Below are positions 28,805 to 38,976 of a stretch of 64,000 nt of DNA, piece after piece. The notes under the pieces are model-generated. The model was not told the origin of the DNA. It ran no database searches and saw only the letters and a list, made by a program, of their open reading frames with translations. Each line of letters starts with the position of its first letter. The stretch's first letter is position 1. Both the position numbers and the translations under genes were made by a program. The stretch is from Candidatus Sulfomarinibacteraceae bacterium (GTDB taxonomy: Bacteria > Acidobacteriota > Thermoanaerobaculia > Thermoanaerobaculales > Sulfomarinibacteraceae), in contig CAWCLO010000003.1 in assembly GCA_963796455.1 (NCBI GenBank), forward strand, positions 160,001-224,000. Reading direction: 5' to 3'.

Positions 28805-29464
28805 ATGGGCAAAAAAATCGGGGTCGTTCTCTCCGGTTGCGGCGTCTACGATGGCGCAGAAATCCACGAATCGGTGATCACCCTGCTGGCCATCGACCGG
28901 CATGGGGCCGAGGCCATCATGTGTGCACCCAACAGACCTCAGCTCCACGTCGTCAACCATTTGACGGGAGAGGTGGAGGAAGGCGAAGAACGCAACGTCC
29001 TCGTCGAGTCGGCCCGAATTGCGCGCGGCGCAGTCAAGGATGTCATAGATATGTCGGCCGACGAATTGGACGGATTGATTCTCCCGGGTGGTTTCGGCGC
29101 GGCAAAGAATCTCTGTGATTTCGCCGTCTCCGGCGCGGAGTGTGCCGTCGATCCGGGCGTCGCCGCCCTGGTCCGCGAGGTCCACGAACAAGGCAAACCC
29201 GTCGCCGCGGTCTGTATCGCGCCCGCTCTCCTGGCCAAGGTCCTTGGCGGCGAGGGGCCCGAACTGACGATCGGCAACGACGCCGACACCGCCGGCGCGA
29301 TGGAGAGCATGGGCGCGACACACGTCGCCTGCCCGGTGGAGGACTTCGTGGTTGATCATGAGCGCAAACTGGTGAGCTCGCCAGCCTACATGCTCGCGGG
29401 CAACATTTCCGAGGCGGCCGAAGGGATCGAGAAGACGGTCGCTGCGCTGATCGAGATGGCTTAG
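28805..29464 (+). CDS. elbB: Glyoxalase ElbB (DJ-1/PfpI family)
   Basis: LSGCGVYDGAEIHE, RNVLVESARIARG, PGGFGAAKNL and CIAP motifs. Confidence 0.95.
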   Translation: MGKKIGVVLSGCGVYDGAEIHESVITLLAIDRHGAEAIMCAPNRPQLHVVNHLTGEVEEGEERNVLVESARIARGAVKDVIDMSADELDGLILPGGFGAAKNLCDFAVSGAECAVDPGVAALVREVHEQGKPVAAVCIAPALLAKVLGGEGPELTIGNDADTAGAMESMGATHVACPVEDFVVDHERKLVSSPAYMLAGNISEAAEGIEKTVAALIEMA

Positions 29465-29480
29465 GGGGCTCCAGGCCCCC

Positions 29481-29520
29481 GGGGCTATGGGGCTATGGGG
29501 CTATGGGGCTATGGGGCTAT
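29481..29520 (+). repeat. (GGGGCTAT)5 tandem repeat
   Basis: Five exact copies just after the elbB stop. Confidence 0.9.
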
Positions 29521-29564
29521 GGGCGTTGAGCGTAGAACCGACAACCCATGACGGATTGCCCGGG

Positions 29565-30383
29565 CTACCAATAGCGCTCCACAAAGACCTCTCCAGGTTC
29601 TTTGCGGCTGTGTTCGCGATAACCCTCGGATTGCAGGAGCGTCGCCATGTCATCGATCATCGCCGGGTTGCCGCAGAGAAAGACCCGGGTGTTCTGGGCG
29701 GTCGGGACAAAACCCCAGGCCTTGCCGACCTCGCCATCCCGCCACAGATCCTGGACATAGCCGGTGCGTCCGCCCCAGGGGACCGATTCTTCGGCCGGCC
29801 GGCTGATGATCGAAAAATAACTCAGGGCCGCACATTGTGCGTCCATCGTCAGGAGCTCCGATTGATAACCGAGGTCCCACGAGTGCCGCGCTCCCAGAAG
29901 AACCGCAATGCGGCGATGATTCTCGGCGGGCAGGATCGTCCTCAACATGCTCATATACGGTGCGAGCCCGGTCCCAGTCGCCACCAGAACGAGGTTTGCG
30001 TCGGATGAGACTTCGTCAAGAGTGAATTTTCCCGTGATCTTCGGCCCCAGCCACACCCGATCACCCGGCCGCAGGGCGAAGAGCCGGGGGGTGAGCGAAC
30101 CCGACCGAACAAGCGTGATATAGAACTCGATGTACTCCCTCGCAACCGACGACGAGGCGATCGAATAGGCGCGCCGGATCAGCCGACCCGGTTTGGGCGG
30201 CATCTCCTCGGCAACATCGGCAAGTTCACACCTCGGTGCCTCGGGAGACAAACCCAGCACGGCAAATTGGCCCGGCGTGAATTCAGGCAACTCCCAGTCG
30301 TCAGGCGCGACCCTCAGGACGATCAGACCAGGGGCAGCCTCGATTCGCTCGGTGACGACGGCATTCAGTTCATTCTTCTGCAT
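29565..30383 (-). CDS. Ferredoxin-NADP+ reductase (bacterial Fpr type)
   Basis: GQF, RAYSIAS, TGTGLAP, CGNPAM, terminal ERYW. Confidence 0.9.
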   Translation of the reverse strand: MQKNELNAVVTERIEAAPGLIVLRVAPDDWELPEFTPGQFAVLGLSPEAPRCELADVAEEMPPKPGRLIRRAYSIASSSVAREYIEFYITLVRSGSLTPRLFALRPGDRVWLGPKITGKFTLDEVSSDANLVLVATGTGLAPYMSMLRTILPAENHRRIAVLLGARHSWDLGYQSELLTMDAQCAALSYFSIISRPAEESVPWGGRTGYVQDLWRDGEVGKAWGFVPTAQNTRVFLCGNPAMIDDMATLLQSEGYREHSRKEPGEVFVERYW

Positions 30384-30424
30384 CAATCCCACCCATATTC
30401 GCAGAAAGAGTACACTGCCCCGCG

Positions 30425-31177
30425 ATGTTCGGTCTCGAGACAATCTTTGAATCGCTCCCTCAATTTCTGATCGTCTGTCTTGTTCTGGCCGTCGCCGAGG
30501 CGGTTTATGTGCTGTTGGGCTTTGGCGCCGGGCTGATTGCGGTGGGAGCCCTGGCCCTGGTCCTGCCCGAGCTTCGCGACGCCGTCGTTCTGATCCTGTT
30601 GGTCAATTTGCCGGCCGAACTCTATGTGGTGACCCGATCGTGGAAAAAGATCGAATGGCGCGGGGTGCTCTTTCTGTTCGCCGGGGTTGCGGTCGGTATT
30701 CCGATCGGATCTTGGCTGCTGCGCTCCGGCGAACCCCAATTTCTGCTCACCGTGCTCGGTCTTTTCCTGGTGGCGGTCGGAGTTGTCTTCATCGTCCGAC
30801 CGCGGACGGAACGACAACCATCCACTCCCTGGGTCGCACCACCCGTGGGATTGCTGTCGGGCATTTTCACCGGTCTCTTCGGAACCGGCGGCCCACCCTT
30901 GATCGTCTACTACCAACTCTCCGGAGTGGACAAGACGATCTTCCGCGGCAATCTGATGGCCCTTTTCCTCCTCATGACAACGGTGAGAGTGCCCTCCTAC
31001 GCCGCCCTCGGACTCATCACCGGACCAAGGACGTGGTCCGCCCTCCTGGTATTGCCGGCCGTGCTCGTCGGCGCCCTGGTGGGAAATCGAATTCACCTTC
31101 GTCTCGACGAGACGAGCTTCCGCCGTTTGGTGAGCACCGCAATGATCGTCATCGGGCTGCTTCTCCTCGTCCCCTGA
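30425..31177 (+). CDS. Sulfite exporter TauE/SafE family
   Basis: GFGAG and GLFGTGGPP motifs; multi-TM. Confidence 0.88.
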   Translation: MFGLETIFESLPQFLIVCLVLAVAEAVYVLLGFGAGLIAVGALALVLPELRDAVVLILLVNLPAELYVVTRSWKKIEWRGVLFLFAGVAVGIPIGSWLLRSGEPQFLLTVLGLFLVAVGVVFIVRPRTERQPSTPWVAPPVGLLSGIFTGLFGTGGPPLIVYYQLSGVDKTIFRGNLMALFLLMTTVRVPSYAALGLITGPRTWSALLVLPAVLVGALVGNRIHLRLDETSFRRLVSTAMIVIGLLLLVP

Positions 31178-31228
31178 AGGTCGAAGATATACTCTTGATG
31201 AGATTCTTTTCGAGAGGGTGTCTGCCGC

Positions 31229-33310
31229 ATGACCACCACCATTGAGCCAAGTGAAGAGCAAGCCGCCAGCGAAGAGCGGCTCACTTTCAGCCGTCTCGAT
31301 CTCGTATTGATGGCGGCGGTCCTGCTCTTCTACCTGCTCACCAGGCTCATCGCAATCGACGACTTCCCGATCTTTTTCTTCTGCGACGAGGCGACTCAAG
31401 CCAATCTCGCCAGCGAACTGGTGGATCGCGGATTCCGAGACGGCGAAGGCAACCTCTTCCCGGCGTTTTTTCGCAATGTGAAGGTCTACAACCTGGGATT
31501 CTCGATCTGGGTCCATGTACCTGCAGTCGTTCTTTTCGGCAAAAGCATCACGGCGGTGCGTGCCACCTCCGTTGTTATCGGTCTCTTCGGAGCAGCCGCG
31601 ATCATGCTGGCCCTCAAGTTCGGGTTTCGGAGCAGATTGTGGTGGATCGGCGGCCTCGTTCTGGCCGCCCTGCCGGGCTGGTTTCTCCACTCCCGAACCG
31701 CGTTCGAAACCGCGATGATGGTGGGCTTCTACGCCTGTTTCATTCTCACTTATCTCCTCTACAGATTGTATTCTCCGCGCTGGCTTCCCGCCGCCATCAT
31801 CTTCGGGGGAGCCACCTTTTACAGCTACTCAAACGGTCAGGGCGTGATGTTCGTGACCGTTCTTTTGCTGCTGCTGACCGATTGGCGGTACCACTGGCGG
31901 GTCCTCAAGGAACATCGTTGGGTGGTGATCGCCGGCTTGGTCACGGCCATACTCGTTGCAGGTCCATACCTTCGATTCCGATTCGTCCTCCACCCGGAGA
32001 TGATGGAGTCGCACATGGAGGACCTGCAGTCCTACTGGATCACCGACATTCCCTTGCAAGAGAAGGTCGGCATCTTCGCCCGTACCTACACCAGAGGACT
32101 CAGCCCCGGTTACTGGTTCTTCGACGACACAAATGAGCTGGTCCGTCACCGGATGTTGGGCTACGGTTATCTCCCGCTGTGGTTGTCGCCGGTGATTTTG
32201 CTCGGTCTGGGAGTTGCCATCCGCAAGTCGTGGGGATCTGCAGCCCACCGCCTGGTTTTGATAGCGGTCCTGGCGGCGCCGTTCTCGGCCTCATTGGTCG
32301 ATATCCGGATCACCCGTGTCCTCTCGATGATGGTGCCGGCCACGATCCTGGCGGTCATCGGTTTCGACTGCATCCAGAACTGGTTGAGGCGTTTCGTGCC
32401 GTTTCGGGTCTTCGCCGCCGCGAGCGCTGCCGTAATTGTCGTGACCGCGACCACGATGACGGCCGATGCCCTTACGAACGGAGCCACATGGTTCCGCGAC
32501 TATGGCATGGGTGGTATGCAGTGGGGAGCCAAAGAACTCTATGCCGAGCTCCGCAAACCGTTGTCAGATGACCCTGAGATCCACTTTGTGGTTTCTCACA
32601 GTTGGGCCAACTGGCCCGACGCCTTCCCGGTCTTCTTTCTCGAGGAATCGATGCGCAACCGTGTCCGGATGGGTGTTGTCGAAGAATACGTCGTCGAACA
32701 CCGGCCGCGCGAAATGTCTCCACGGCAGCTCTTCGTGATGACGCCACACGAATTCGAGATGGCCCGACAGAGCCCGATGCTCGTGGTCAGCGAACCGCTC
32801 GAAATCATCTCCGCTCCGGACGGCGAGCCTGGATTCATGATCGTGCACCTCGATTACGCGCCTGACGCCCGCGATATCTTCGAGGCGGAACGGCGAGAAC
32901 GTCGGATGCCCGTACAGAACACCCTCCAGATCGACGGCGCCGAAGTCCGTGTCGTGCACCCGAAATTCGATCTCGGCACCCTCGATTCCGTCTTCGACGG
33001 TAATTTCAAATCAATCGCCCGCACCCTCGATGCCGACCCCAGCATCATTCAATTTCACTTTGCAGCTGAACGAAGCATCACCGGGGTCCGGTTGACGGTG
33101 TGGTCTCCAGAGTACGATCTCAGCCTCAGGGTCGTCGCCACCGATGACACGGTGTCCCTGGCGGAAGCCGAGGTCAATACCGGAGAGGGTTTCACCACCT
33201 TCGAACTCAAGCTGCCGACACCGGTTCTCAACGCCCGTGAAGTCTCGCTGACCATCGACAAACACGGAGACAACAAGCTCCACATCCAGGAGATCGAGTT
33301 TCTGCGTTGA
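31229..33310 (+). CDS. GT-C glycosyltransferase (GT39/ArnT/PMT-like) with C-terminal extracellular domain
   Basis: DE motif after the first TM, SRTAFE, many TM helices. Confidence 0.78.
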   Translation: MTTTIEPSEEQAASEERLTFSRLDLVLMAAVLLFYLLTRLIAIDDFPIFFFCDEATQANLASELVDRGFRDGEGNLFPAFFRNVKVYNLGFSIWVHVPAVVLFGKSITAVRATSVVIGLFGAAAIMLALKFGFRSRLWWIGGLVLAALPGWFLHSRTAFETAMMVGFYACFILTYLLYRLYSPRWLPAAIIFGGATFYSYSNGQGVMFVTVLLLLLTDWRYHWRVLKEHRWVVIAGLVTAILVAGPYLRFRFVLHPEMMESHMEDLQSYWITDIPLQEKVGIFARTYTRGLSPGYWFFDDTNELVRHRMLGYGYLPLWLSPVILLGLGVAIRKSWGSAAHRLVLIAVLAAPFSASLVDIRITRVLSMMVPATILAVIGFDCIQNWLRRFVPFRVFAAASAAVIVVTATTMTADALTNGATWFRDYGMGGMQWGAKELYAELRKPLSDDPEIHFVVSHSWANWPDAFPVFFLEESMRNRVRMGVVEEYVVEHRPREMSPRQLFVMTPHEFEMARQSPMLVVSEPLEIISAPDGEPGFMIVHLDYAPDARDIFEAERRERRMPVQNTLQIDGAEVRVVHPKFDLGTLDSVFDGNFKSIARTLDADPSIIQFHFAAERSITGVRLTVWSPEYDLSLRVVATDDTVSLAEAEVNTGEGFTTFELKLPTPVLNAREVSLTIDKHGDNKLHIQEIEFLR

Positions 33311-33406
33311 CCAGCTGACGTCAAGGGTTATGGGTCATGAGTCATGAGAGAAATTTTCATCACGACGGTTGTCAGAGTGGATTGTGCGGTCTTCACTCTG
33401 AGCTCA

Positions 33407-33790
33407 TCACCCTGAACTCAACTTGTGGCCCGCCGACCGCAAAACGCCCTTGGCGGTCTCCAGCTTCTCCTGCTTCACCAACACATAGTCGGTATCGAAG
33501 GTAGAGATCACGAAAATCGGCACGTCAGCCGCGGCGAGCGGCGAGGCGATCGAGGCCAGAATACCGGTCATCTCGAAATCGAGCGGCCCCGCCACCTCGA
33601 AACATTTCCAGCCCTTTTCTATCGAAACACCCTTGGGGGCCAACTCCTCCCGACCGACGATCGACAGCTCTCCGTCAGTCCGGGTAATCGAGAGCAGTCC
33701 GGATGTCTCGAAATCTGGTATTTGTTCCACACTCGCGAGCTGCCAGACCGCGTAGACGCCGTCGAGCACCCGAAGATTGAGGTGTTTCAC
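33407..33790 (-). CDS. ACT domain protein (ACT_7-like)
   Basis: SITRTDGELS, GPLDFEMTGIL and STFDTDYVLV motifs. Confidence 0.85.
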   Translation of the reverse strand: MKHLNLRVLDGVYAVWQLASVEQIPDFETSGLLSITRTDGELSIVGREELAPKGVSIEKGWKCFEVAGPLDFEMTGILASIASPLAAADVPIFVISTFDTDYVLVKQEKLETAKGVLRSAGHKLSSG

Positions 33791-33804
33791 GCGTCTTTGT
33801 CTCG

Positions 33805-34281
33805 TCAACCGGTGTCGAGCATCGTTCCGGTTCGCAGGAAATGATTGAGTTCGTTCTCCCAGACCTCCATGAAGCTCTGAAAATGGGCTTCGGTGAACTC
33901 TTCCAGGGCGCGGTCACCGTGGTCGCTCAGAGATGTGTAGGAGTAGGTAATGGCGGCCTTGGAGGCCTCGCCGCCATCGGCCGAGAGTCCGATTTTGATC
34001 GTGCCCATCACCACACCGGGAATGACCTTGATCATTTCGAGCCGGTAATGCTCACGATCATGATCGGTGATCAACCACAAAGCGTCCTCGGGAATACCGG
34101 GCGTGACGAATACACATCCTGCCTCCGCAACCCCGGACTCCGAAAGCACGAGTTTTGGCCTCCAGTCGTTGACCCACTCGGTCTCTCGCACCGGACAAAG
34201 GAGATCGAAAACCTTTCCCGGCGGGGCGCACAGCGCCTGCGTGTAGCTACGACTGACACGATTCGGTTTCTCGACCCGCAT
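33805..34281 (-). CDS. Hypothetical SRPBCC-like protein
   Basis: VFDLLCPVRETEW...WENELNHFL; GAGG RBS. Confidence 0.7.
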   Translation of the reverse strand: MRVEKPNRVSRSYTQALCAPPGKVFDLLCPVRETEWVNDWRPKLVLSESGVAEAGCVFVTPGIPEDALWLITDHDREHYRLEMIKVIPGVVMGTIKIGLSADGGEASKAAITYSYTSLSDHGDRALEEFTEAHFQSFMEVWENELNHFLRTGTMLDTG

Positions 34282-34375
34282 AGTGCCCTCCTCGGCCCGA
34301 TGATCCACGGAATTTTCCGGAAACTTCACCGATGAGAGTACACCGTCGCCACCCACATCGTCGACTCCCGTCAGA

Positions 34376-35440
34376 TCAACTCCGGCGTTCGGCCATTCCG
34401 ATCGGATCAACATCGAGATCAACAACCTCGAAACCGATCTGCTCTACCCGATCGACGAATTCTGCAACCGACTGATCCGTACGTGAACAAGCCACTCCGA
34501 AATCGCCACCGCCGGCGCCGCTGGGTTTGTAGTGGTGGCCACACCTTGCCGCGAGCTCACGGAGTCTCCGGTGTTCGTCCGAGAGGATCGACATCCCGAT
34601 CGCCTTACCGAGGCTTTCGAGAGCATCACCGAAGTGATCGACGACCTCGAGAAAAACTGCCGTCTCGCTCCGCCCGAGAGCCTCGATGCCCCGTTCCGAG
34701 AGGGAACCGAGCCGGTCCAGGGCTGCATCGATTATCTGCGGGTCGCGCATCCGGCACTCTTCGAGCCGCTCGAGGAAATCACCGGTGCTGGCCGACCGTC
34801 CCGTCCAGATGAAGGTCATCCTGAGATCGGCCGGCAGTGTCACCGGGGCCGCTTCACCGACACCCCCTTTTGGATCGAGCCGATAGCGCACCGCGCCCCC
34901 AAGTAGGCTGGCTGCGACGTCGATCCCCGATCCCCGGCCTCCCTGCATCTCGCGGTGGACCGCAACCAACGTCTCCAACCACTCTGACGAGGGTGCCGGG
35001 CACCCATCGCCGGACCAGGCAACCAGCGCGTTCGCCAGGGCCGTCGTCAGCGCCGCACTCGAGCCCAGACCCAACTTGCGCCTTGCTCCGTCGCGGCGCT
35101 GAAAGAAGGATCTCGTGTCGAGAGTCGCTGCCACGGGCCGCATTTGGACCGGATTGATCACCGCCGACGCAACGAGTCCCTCAAGCAGGGCGTCAACGAG
35201 GCCAAAAGACTGCGCCCCTTCGGGGTCGGACCACCGCATGCCCCCTTCGGGTTCAAACTCGAGTTCCATCGCTTCGTCGACGAGGCCCGGAGCGGAAAAC
35301 GTCCAGCGATCGCTCGGCGATGCTTCGATGGCCACCCGTGCCCTGCGTCCGACCGCCACCACCAACGCCGGTGCGCCAAACAACACCGAGTACTCACCAA
35401 TCAACACAAGCTTACCCGGCGCCGTGACTTCGAGGGTCAC
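34376..35440 (-). CDS. (Phospho)mevalonate kinase family GHMP kinase
   Basis: APGKLVLIGEY, KLGLGSSAA, GSGIDVAAS and KPSGAGGGD motifs. Confidence 0.85.
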   Translation of the reverse strand: MTLEVTAPGKLVLIGEYSVLFGAPALVVAVGRRARVAIEASPSDRWTFSAPGLVDEAMELEFEPEGGMRWSDPEGAQSFGLVDALLEGLVASAVINPVQMRPVAATLDTRSFFQRRDGARRKLGLGSSAALTTALANALVAWSGDGCPAPSSEWLETLVAVHREMQGGRGSGIDVAASLLGGAVRYRLDPKGGVGEAAPVTLPADLRMTFIWTGRSASTGDFLERLEECRMRDPQIIDAALDRLGSLSERGIEALGRSETAVFLEVVDHFGDALESLGKAIGMSILSDEHRRLRELAARCGHHYKPSGAGGGDFGVACSRTDQSVAEFVDRVEQIGFEVVDLDVDPIGMAERRS

Positions 35441-36420
35441 TCCCGGCCCCCGATAACCCGTGCGCCGGCTCCGAGCCCACTCGAAATGATGCGGGAAACG
35501 CCCGGAATCGATTCGAGCTCCGTCACCACTCGATCCCGCGCTTCAGGCAGGCACACCGCTTTGAGTTGGGGCCCGGCGTCAATGGTAAAAAAGACCGGCA
35601 CCCCGTTGCCACGCAGACCGCGCACCCGACGGATGCCTTCCACCGTCGCGCCATTCCAATAAACCAGCCCCGGTCGCGCCGACAACATCACCGCGTGCAT
35701 CTTGAGGCAGCTTGCCTCGGCGATTTCGGCCAGCGCCTCGAAATCGCGCCGATCGACTGCGCTCCGTGCCTCGGCGAGGTCATCCGTCGACGACTCGACC
35801 CAGGAACGGTAGAACGGCGAGGTCTGTTCGGTTCGGATCATGCCCTCGGTGGAACCGATCGCTTTGGGTCCGGCCTCGGTCACCGCCACGACAACCTGGA
35901 GCGGCCATTCGGCAGCCCTCAAGAGCTGCCGGGTCAGGGTCTCGGGACGACCATCCCGCTCGATGAGCTCGATCTCGGCGAAACCGCCATAGAGGGACCG
36001 TGCGGCGGAACCGGAAGCCTGGCGGGCGAGGTCCGCAAGCACTTCTCGATCAAGGCCCGTATCGAGAGCCGCGTCCGCCGCCACCACCAGGGCCGCAAAA
36101 CCGGAGGCCGATGACGCGAGCCCTGCGGCGGTCGGAAAATCGTTATCGCTCGAGATCTCAGCATAGAGCCTCGACCCCGCCAGAGACCGGATACGATCGA
36201 GGCACGAAGTCACCCGTCCGGCCATCCTGGGTGCTTCGTCACCGCCAAGCAGAAACCTATCCGCCTCGCGATCGGGATCAAACCGAACCGATGTCGTGGT
36301 CGTCAGCCCGTCGAGCGTGATCGACAGCGAACCGACCGCGGGAATGTTGCGCTCGATGTCCGATTTGCCCCAGTACTTGACCAGGGCGATATTGGGGTGG
36401 GCTATGGCCGTAGCGAGCAT
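35437..36420 (-). CDS. mvaD: Diphosphomevalonate decarboxylase
   Basis: NIALVKYWGK, GLASSASG, SGSAARS and TIDAGP motifs. Confidence 0.9.
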   Translation of the reverse strand: MLATAIAHPNIALVKYWGKSDIERNIPAVGSLSITLDGLTTTTSVRFDPDREADRFLLGGDEAPRMAGRVTSCLDRIRSLAGSRLYAEISSDNDFPTAAGLASSASGFAALVVAADAALDTGLDREVLADLARQASGSAARSLYGGFAEIELIERDGRPETLTRQLLRAAEWPLQVVVAVTEAGPKAIGSTEGMIRTEQTSPFYRSWVESSTDDLAEARSAVDRRDFEALAEIAEASCLKMHAVMLSARPGLVYWNGATVEGIRRVRGLRGNGVPVFFTIDAGPQLKAVCLPEARDRVVTELESIPGVSRIISSGLGAGARVIGGRE

Positions 36421-36470
36421 CGGTCTGTTGTCAGTCACGAGGTCATGATACCTGGGCCGACGGAAGACGG

Positions 36471-36925
36471 CAGAGGGGAAGAGGAGAAAGGGGGAAAGGG
36501 GGAAAGGGGGAAGGCTCGATTCGAGATTCTGGATGCAGGGTGCTTGACCCCCTCGACATGGCAGAGGGGCAGAGGGGCAGAGGGGCTCGAATCGAGATAC
36601 TAGATGCTGGATCCGGCCACCGCTCCAATCCCAAAAGGGAGAACCACTCGGCACCGATTCCTCCTGCATGCGAATGTCGCCTCCCGATGTCATCCTGAGC
36701 GGAGACCCAAGCCCACAGATCCTTCGACTTCGCGCCTTAGGCGCTTCGCTCAGGATGACATTTTGAACGACCGTTCCGATCCCGATCCCGTTCCCGAAAG
36801 TGAGAACAAGCCTCTACATGGCAGAGGGGCGAAGTAACGATCGCTATCGCTATCGGAATCACTATCGAACGGCTGAGGTGGATACCGTTCCTGAAAGGGA
36901 GAAAGGGAGAAGGGGGAAAGGGAGA
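36471..36925. repeat. Composite repeat with GTCATCCTGAGC palindrome (36687-36761)
   Basis: 36640-36910 matches the reverse complement of ~61075-61440; GGGGAAAG and GCAGAGGG tandem units. Confidence 0.8.
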
Positions 36926-36962
36926 TCGTCGCGGGTCGATCTACGTGATAAGGGCGGAGTCT

Positions 36963-37090
36963 CTCCTCTGCTCCTCTGCTCCTCTGCTCCTCTGCTCCTC
37001 TGCTCCTCTGCTCCTCTGCTCCTCTGCTCCTCTGCTCCTCTGCTCCTCTGCTCCTCTGCTCCTCTGCTCCTCTGCTCCTCTGCTCCTCTG
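36963..37090 (+). repeat. (CTCCTCTG)16 perfect tandem repeat
   Basis: 16 exact octamer copies counted. Confidence 0.95.
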
Positions 37091-37168
37091 CTTCCTTGCC
37101 CGGAATAAAGGAGTAGAATCGTCAACTGGGCGGAGTCAATCCGATCGCAACCGCCCGCTGGAGGCGTC

Positions 37169-37585
37169 ATGGGTCGCTCGTATTTTTGTCCGCACTGCAA
37201 CAAACTTCTCAACCCGGGCACCAAGGTCGTCTTTCTGGTCGAAAACGGCAATTCCTGCGAGCTCATGCTGCTGAGCGCCGAACTCGGGGACTACACGGCG
37301 GTCCACGCTCGTTCGATGGTCTTCGAGCAAGGCAGGCTCTACACCTTTCGTTGCCCGGTTTGCCGCGCAAAACTGACCTCGCGAGTCGATGACAAGTTGG
37401 TGGAAATCTTGACTGCCGAGGGCGAGGAAACGCCGGCACAGGTGAATTTTTCCAGGGTCTATGGCGAGGAGGCGACCTTTCTCGAAGCCGACGACGGGGT
37501 CGCCCGATTCGGCGAACACTCGAACCGCTACGAGGAACTCAATTTCTTTGGCGCAGCAGCCGACACGGACGGCGAAATCACCTGA
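37169..37585 (+). CDS. Hypothetical protein with two CxxC motifs
   Basis: CPHC and CPVC; GGAGG RBS. Confidence 0.8.
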   Translation: MGRSYFCPHCNKLLNPGTKVVFLVENGNSCELMLLSAELGDYTAVHARSMVFEQGRLYTFRCPVCRAKLTSRVDDKLVEILTAEGEETPAQVNFSRVYGEEATFLEADDGVARFGEHSNRYEELNFFGAAADTDGEIT

Positions 37586-37596
37586 GGCCACGGTTT

Positions 37597-37750
37597 TGGG
37601 CTACAGGCTCGAAGCTATAAGCTATGGGCTATAAGCTATGGGCTATGGGCTATGGGCTATAAGCGGTACAACACAGGCTGAAGCCTCAGCCCACGAGCAG
37701 TCAATTTCTAGAATCCGGGGCTTATAGCGTAAAGCCTATAGCCTACAGCC
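37597..37750. repeat. GGCTATG/GCTATAA heptamer arm with complementary TATAGCC arm
   Basis: gctataagctatgggctataagctatgggctatggg ... cttatagcgtaaagcctatagcctacagcc. Confidence 0.8.
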
Positions 37751-37756
37751 CTTTGC

Positions 37757-38935
37757 CTACTCCAACGAATCCGCCAACAGCTCCGAGATATCCTTGACCT
37801 CGAGATCCAACTCCATCGTCCCGACCGAATCCTCGAACATCTGCAGGCAATAGGGGCACGCAACCGCGAGAATGTCGGCGCCGGTGTCCACCGCCTGCTG
37901 GACCCGGATGTCGGAGAGCCGTTCGCCCTTGGCCCTTTCCAGCCAAACGCCCCCGCTACCGCCGCCACAGCACAAGCTGTATTCGCGGTTGAGGTTGGGA
38001 ATTTCCAGCAACTCGAGACCCGGGATGCTCTTGAGAACATCGCGCGGTTCTTCGTAGACCCCACAGCCGCGACCTAGCGCGCACGGATCGTGATAAACGA
38101 CCTTTTTGCCGAGCTCCTTGGTCGGTGTCAGCCGCTGCTGTTTGATCAGCTTGGCAAAAAGCTGGGTCTGGTGGATGGACTCGAAATCGCCATCAAGCTC
38201 CGAATACTCGCGGTCAAAGGTCCGGTGGCAGTGGGGCGAAGCGGCCACGACCTTCCGAACGCCTGCCTCGGCAAAGGCCGCCACATTGGCCCCAGCGACC
38301 TCCTGGAAGACCTCTTCGGCCCCGGCACGGCGGATCGCCTCCGAACAGCACGACTCGCCATCGCCGAGCACACCGAAGGTGACGCCTGCGGTGCGCAAGA
38401 CGTTGACGGTGGCCCTGGCGACGTGAACGGCCCGCGGATCATAGGCCGGCACGCAGCATGGTGAGTAGAGGTAATCCATCCCGGGTTCGAATGATTGGAC
38501 CTCCATCTCCTCGGCCCAGGCTCCGCGGCGCTCGCGCGGCTCGCCGAAGGGATTGCCCGAACTGTGGATCCGCGAAACCGACTCCGAGAGCTCCGCTGGT
38601 ACGGATCCGAACTCGACCAGAATGCGCCGGATGCCGCGCATGATGTTGGGCATGCTGACGCCGTGTGGACACCAGGTCGTGCAGGATTCACAGGCGAGAC
38701 AGCGGTAGATCTCGGTCACCTCACGCTCGACCTCTGCGGTGTCCTCCGACGCCATGATGGCGCCGAACTTCACCAGCTGCGGGGTGCGATAAACGGGAAA
38801 GGACACGCTTTCCACATAGGCCCAGGGGCAAACCGCCATGCACTTTCCGCATTGGTAGCACTTGTAGGCTTCTTCGGCCCCCATGTCGAGAATCGCGTCC
38901 CTGATATCCCAGTCCGGTCTGATTCTGGCGTTCAT
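37757..38935 (-). CDS. HdrD/GlpC-like Fe-S oxidoreductase (2x4Fe-4S + CCG domains)
   Basis: CYQCGKC..CP, CLACESC..CP, CC, YHDPC, CCGGG and ACPYC motifs. Confidence 0.88.
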   Translation of the reverse strand: MNARIRPDWDIRDAILDMGAEEAYKCYQCGKCMAVCPWAYVESVSFPVYRTPQLVKFGAIMASEDTAEVEREVTEIYRCLACESCTTWCPHGVSMPNIMRGIRRILVEFGSVPAELSESVSRIHSSGNPFGEPRERRGAWAEEMEVQSFEPGMDYLYSPCCVPAYDPRAVHVARATVNVLRTAGVTFGVLGDGESCCSEAIRRAGAEEVFQEVAGANVAAFAEAGVRKVVAASPHCHRTFDREYSELDGDFESIHQTQLFAKLIKQQRLTPTKELGKKVVYHDPCALGRGCGVYEEPRDVLKSIPGLELLEIPNLNREYSLCCGGGSGGVWLERAKGERLSDIRVQQAVDTGADILAVACPYCLQMFEDSVGTMELDLEVKDISELLADSLE

Positions 38936-38976
38936 GGCAGTTCAGCTCCGATCTGCTGTACGCAGTTTTCCAGCCC

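Noticed and set aside
36963..37090. CRISPR array
   Set aside because: Contiguous 8-mers with no spacers, no cas genes, and no other repeat-spacer array seen.
36800..37274. ORFs with LLCSSAP or SRGAEEQR repeats
   Set aside because: Translation artefacts of the octamer tract.
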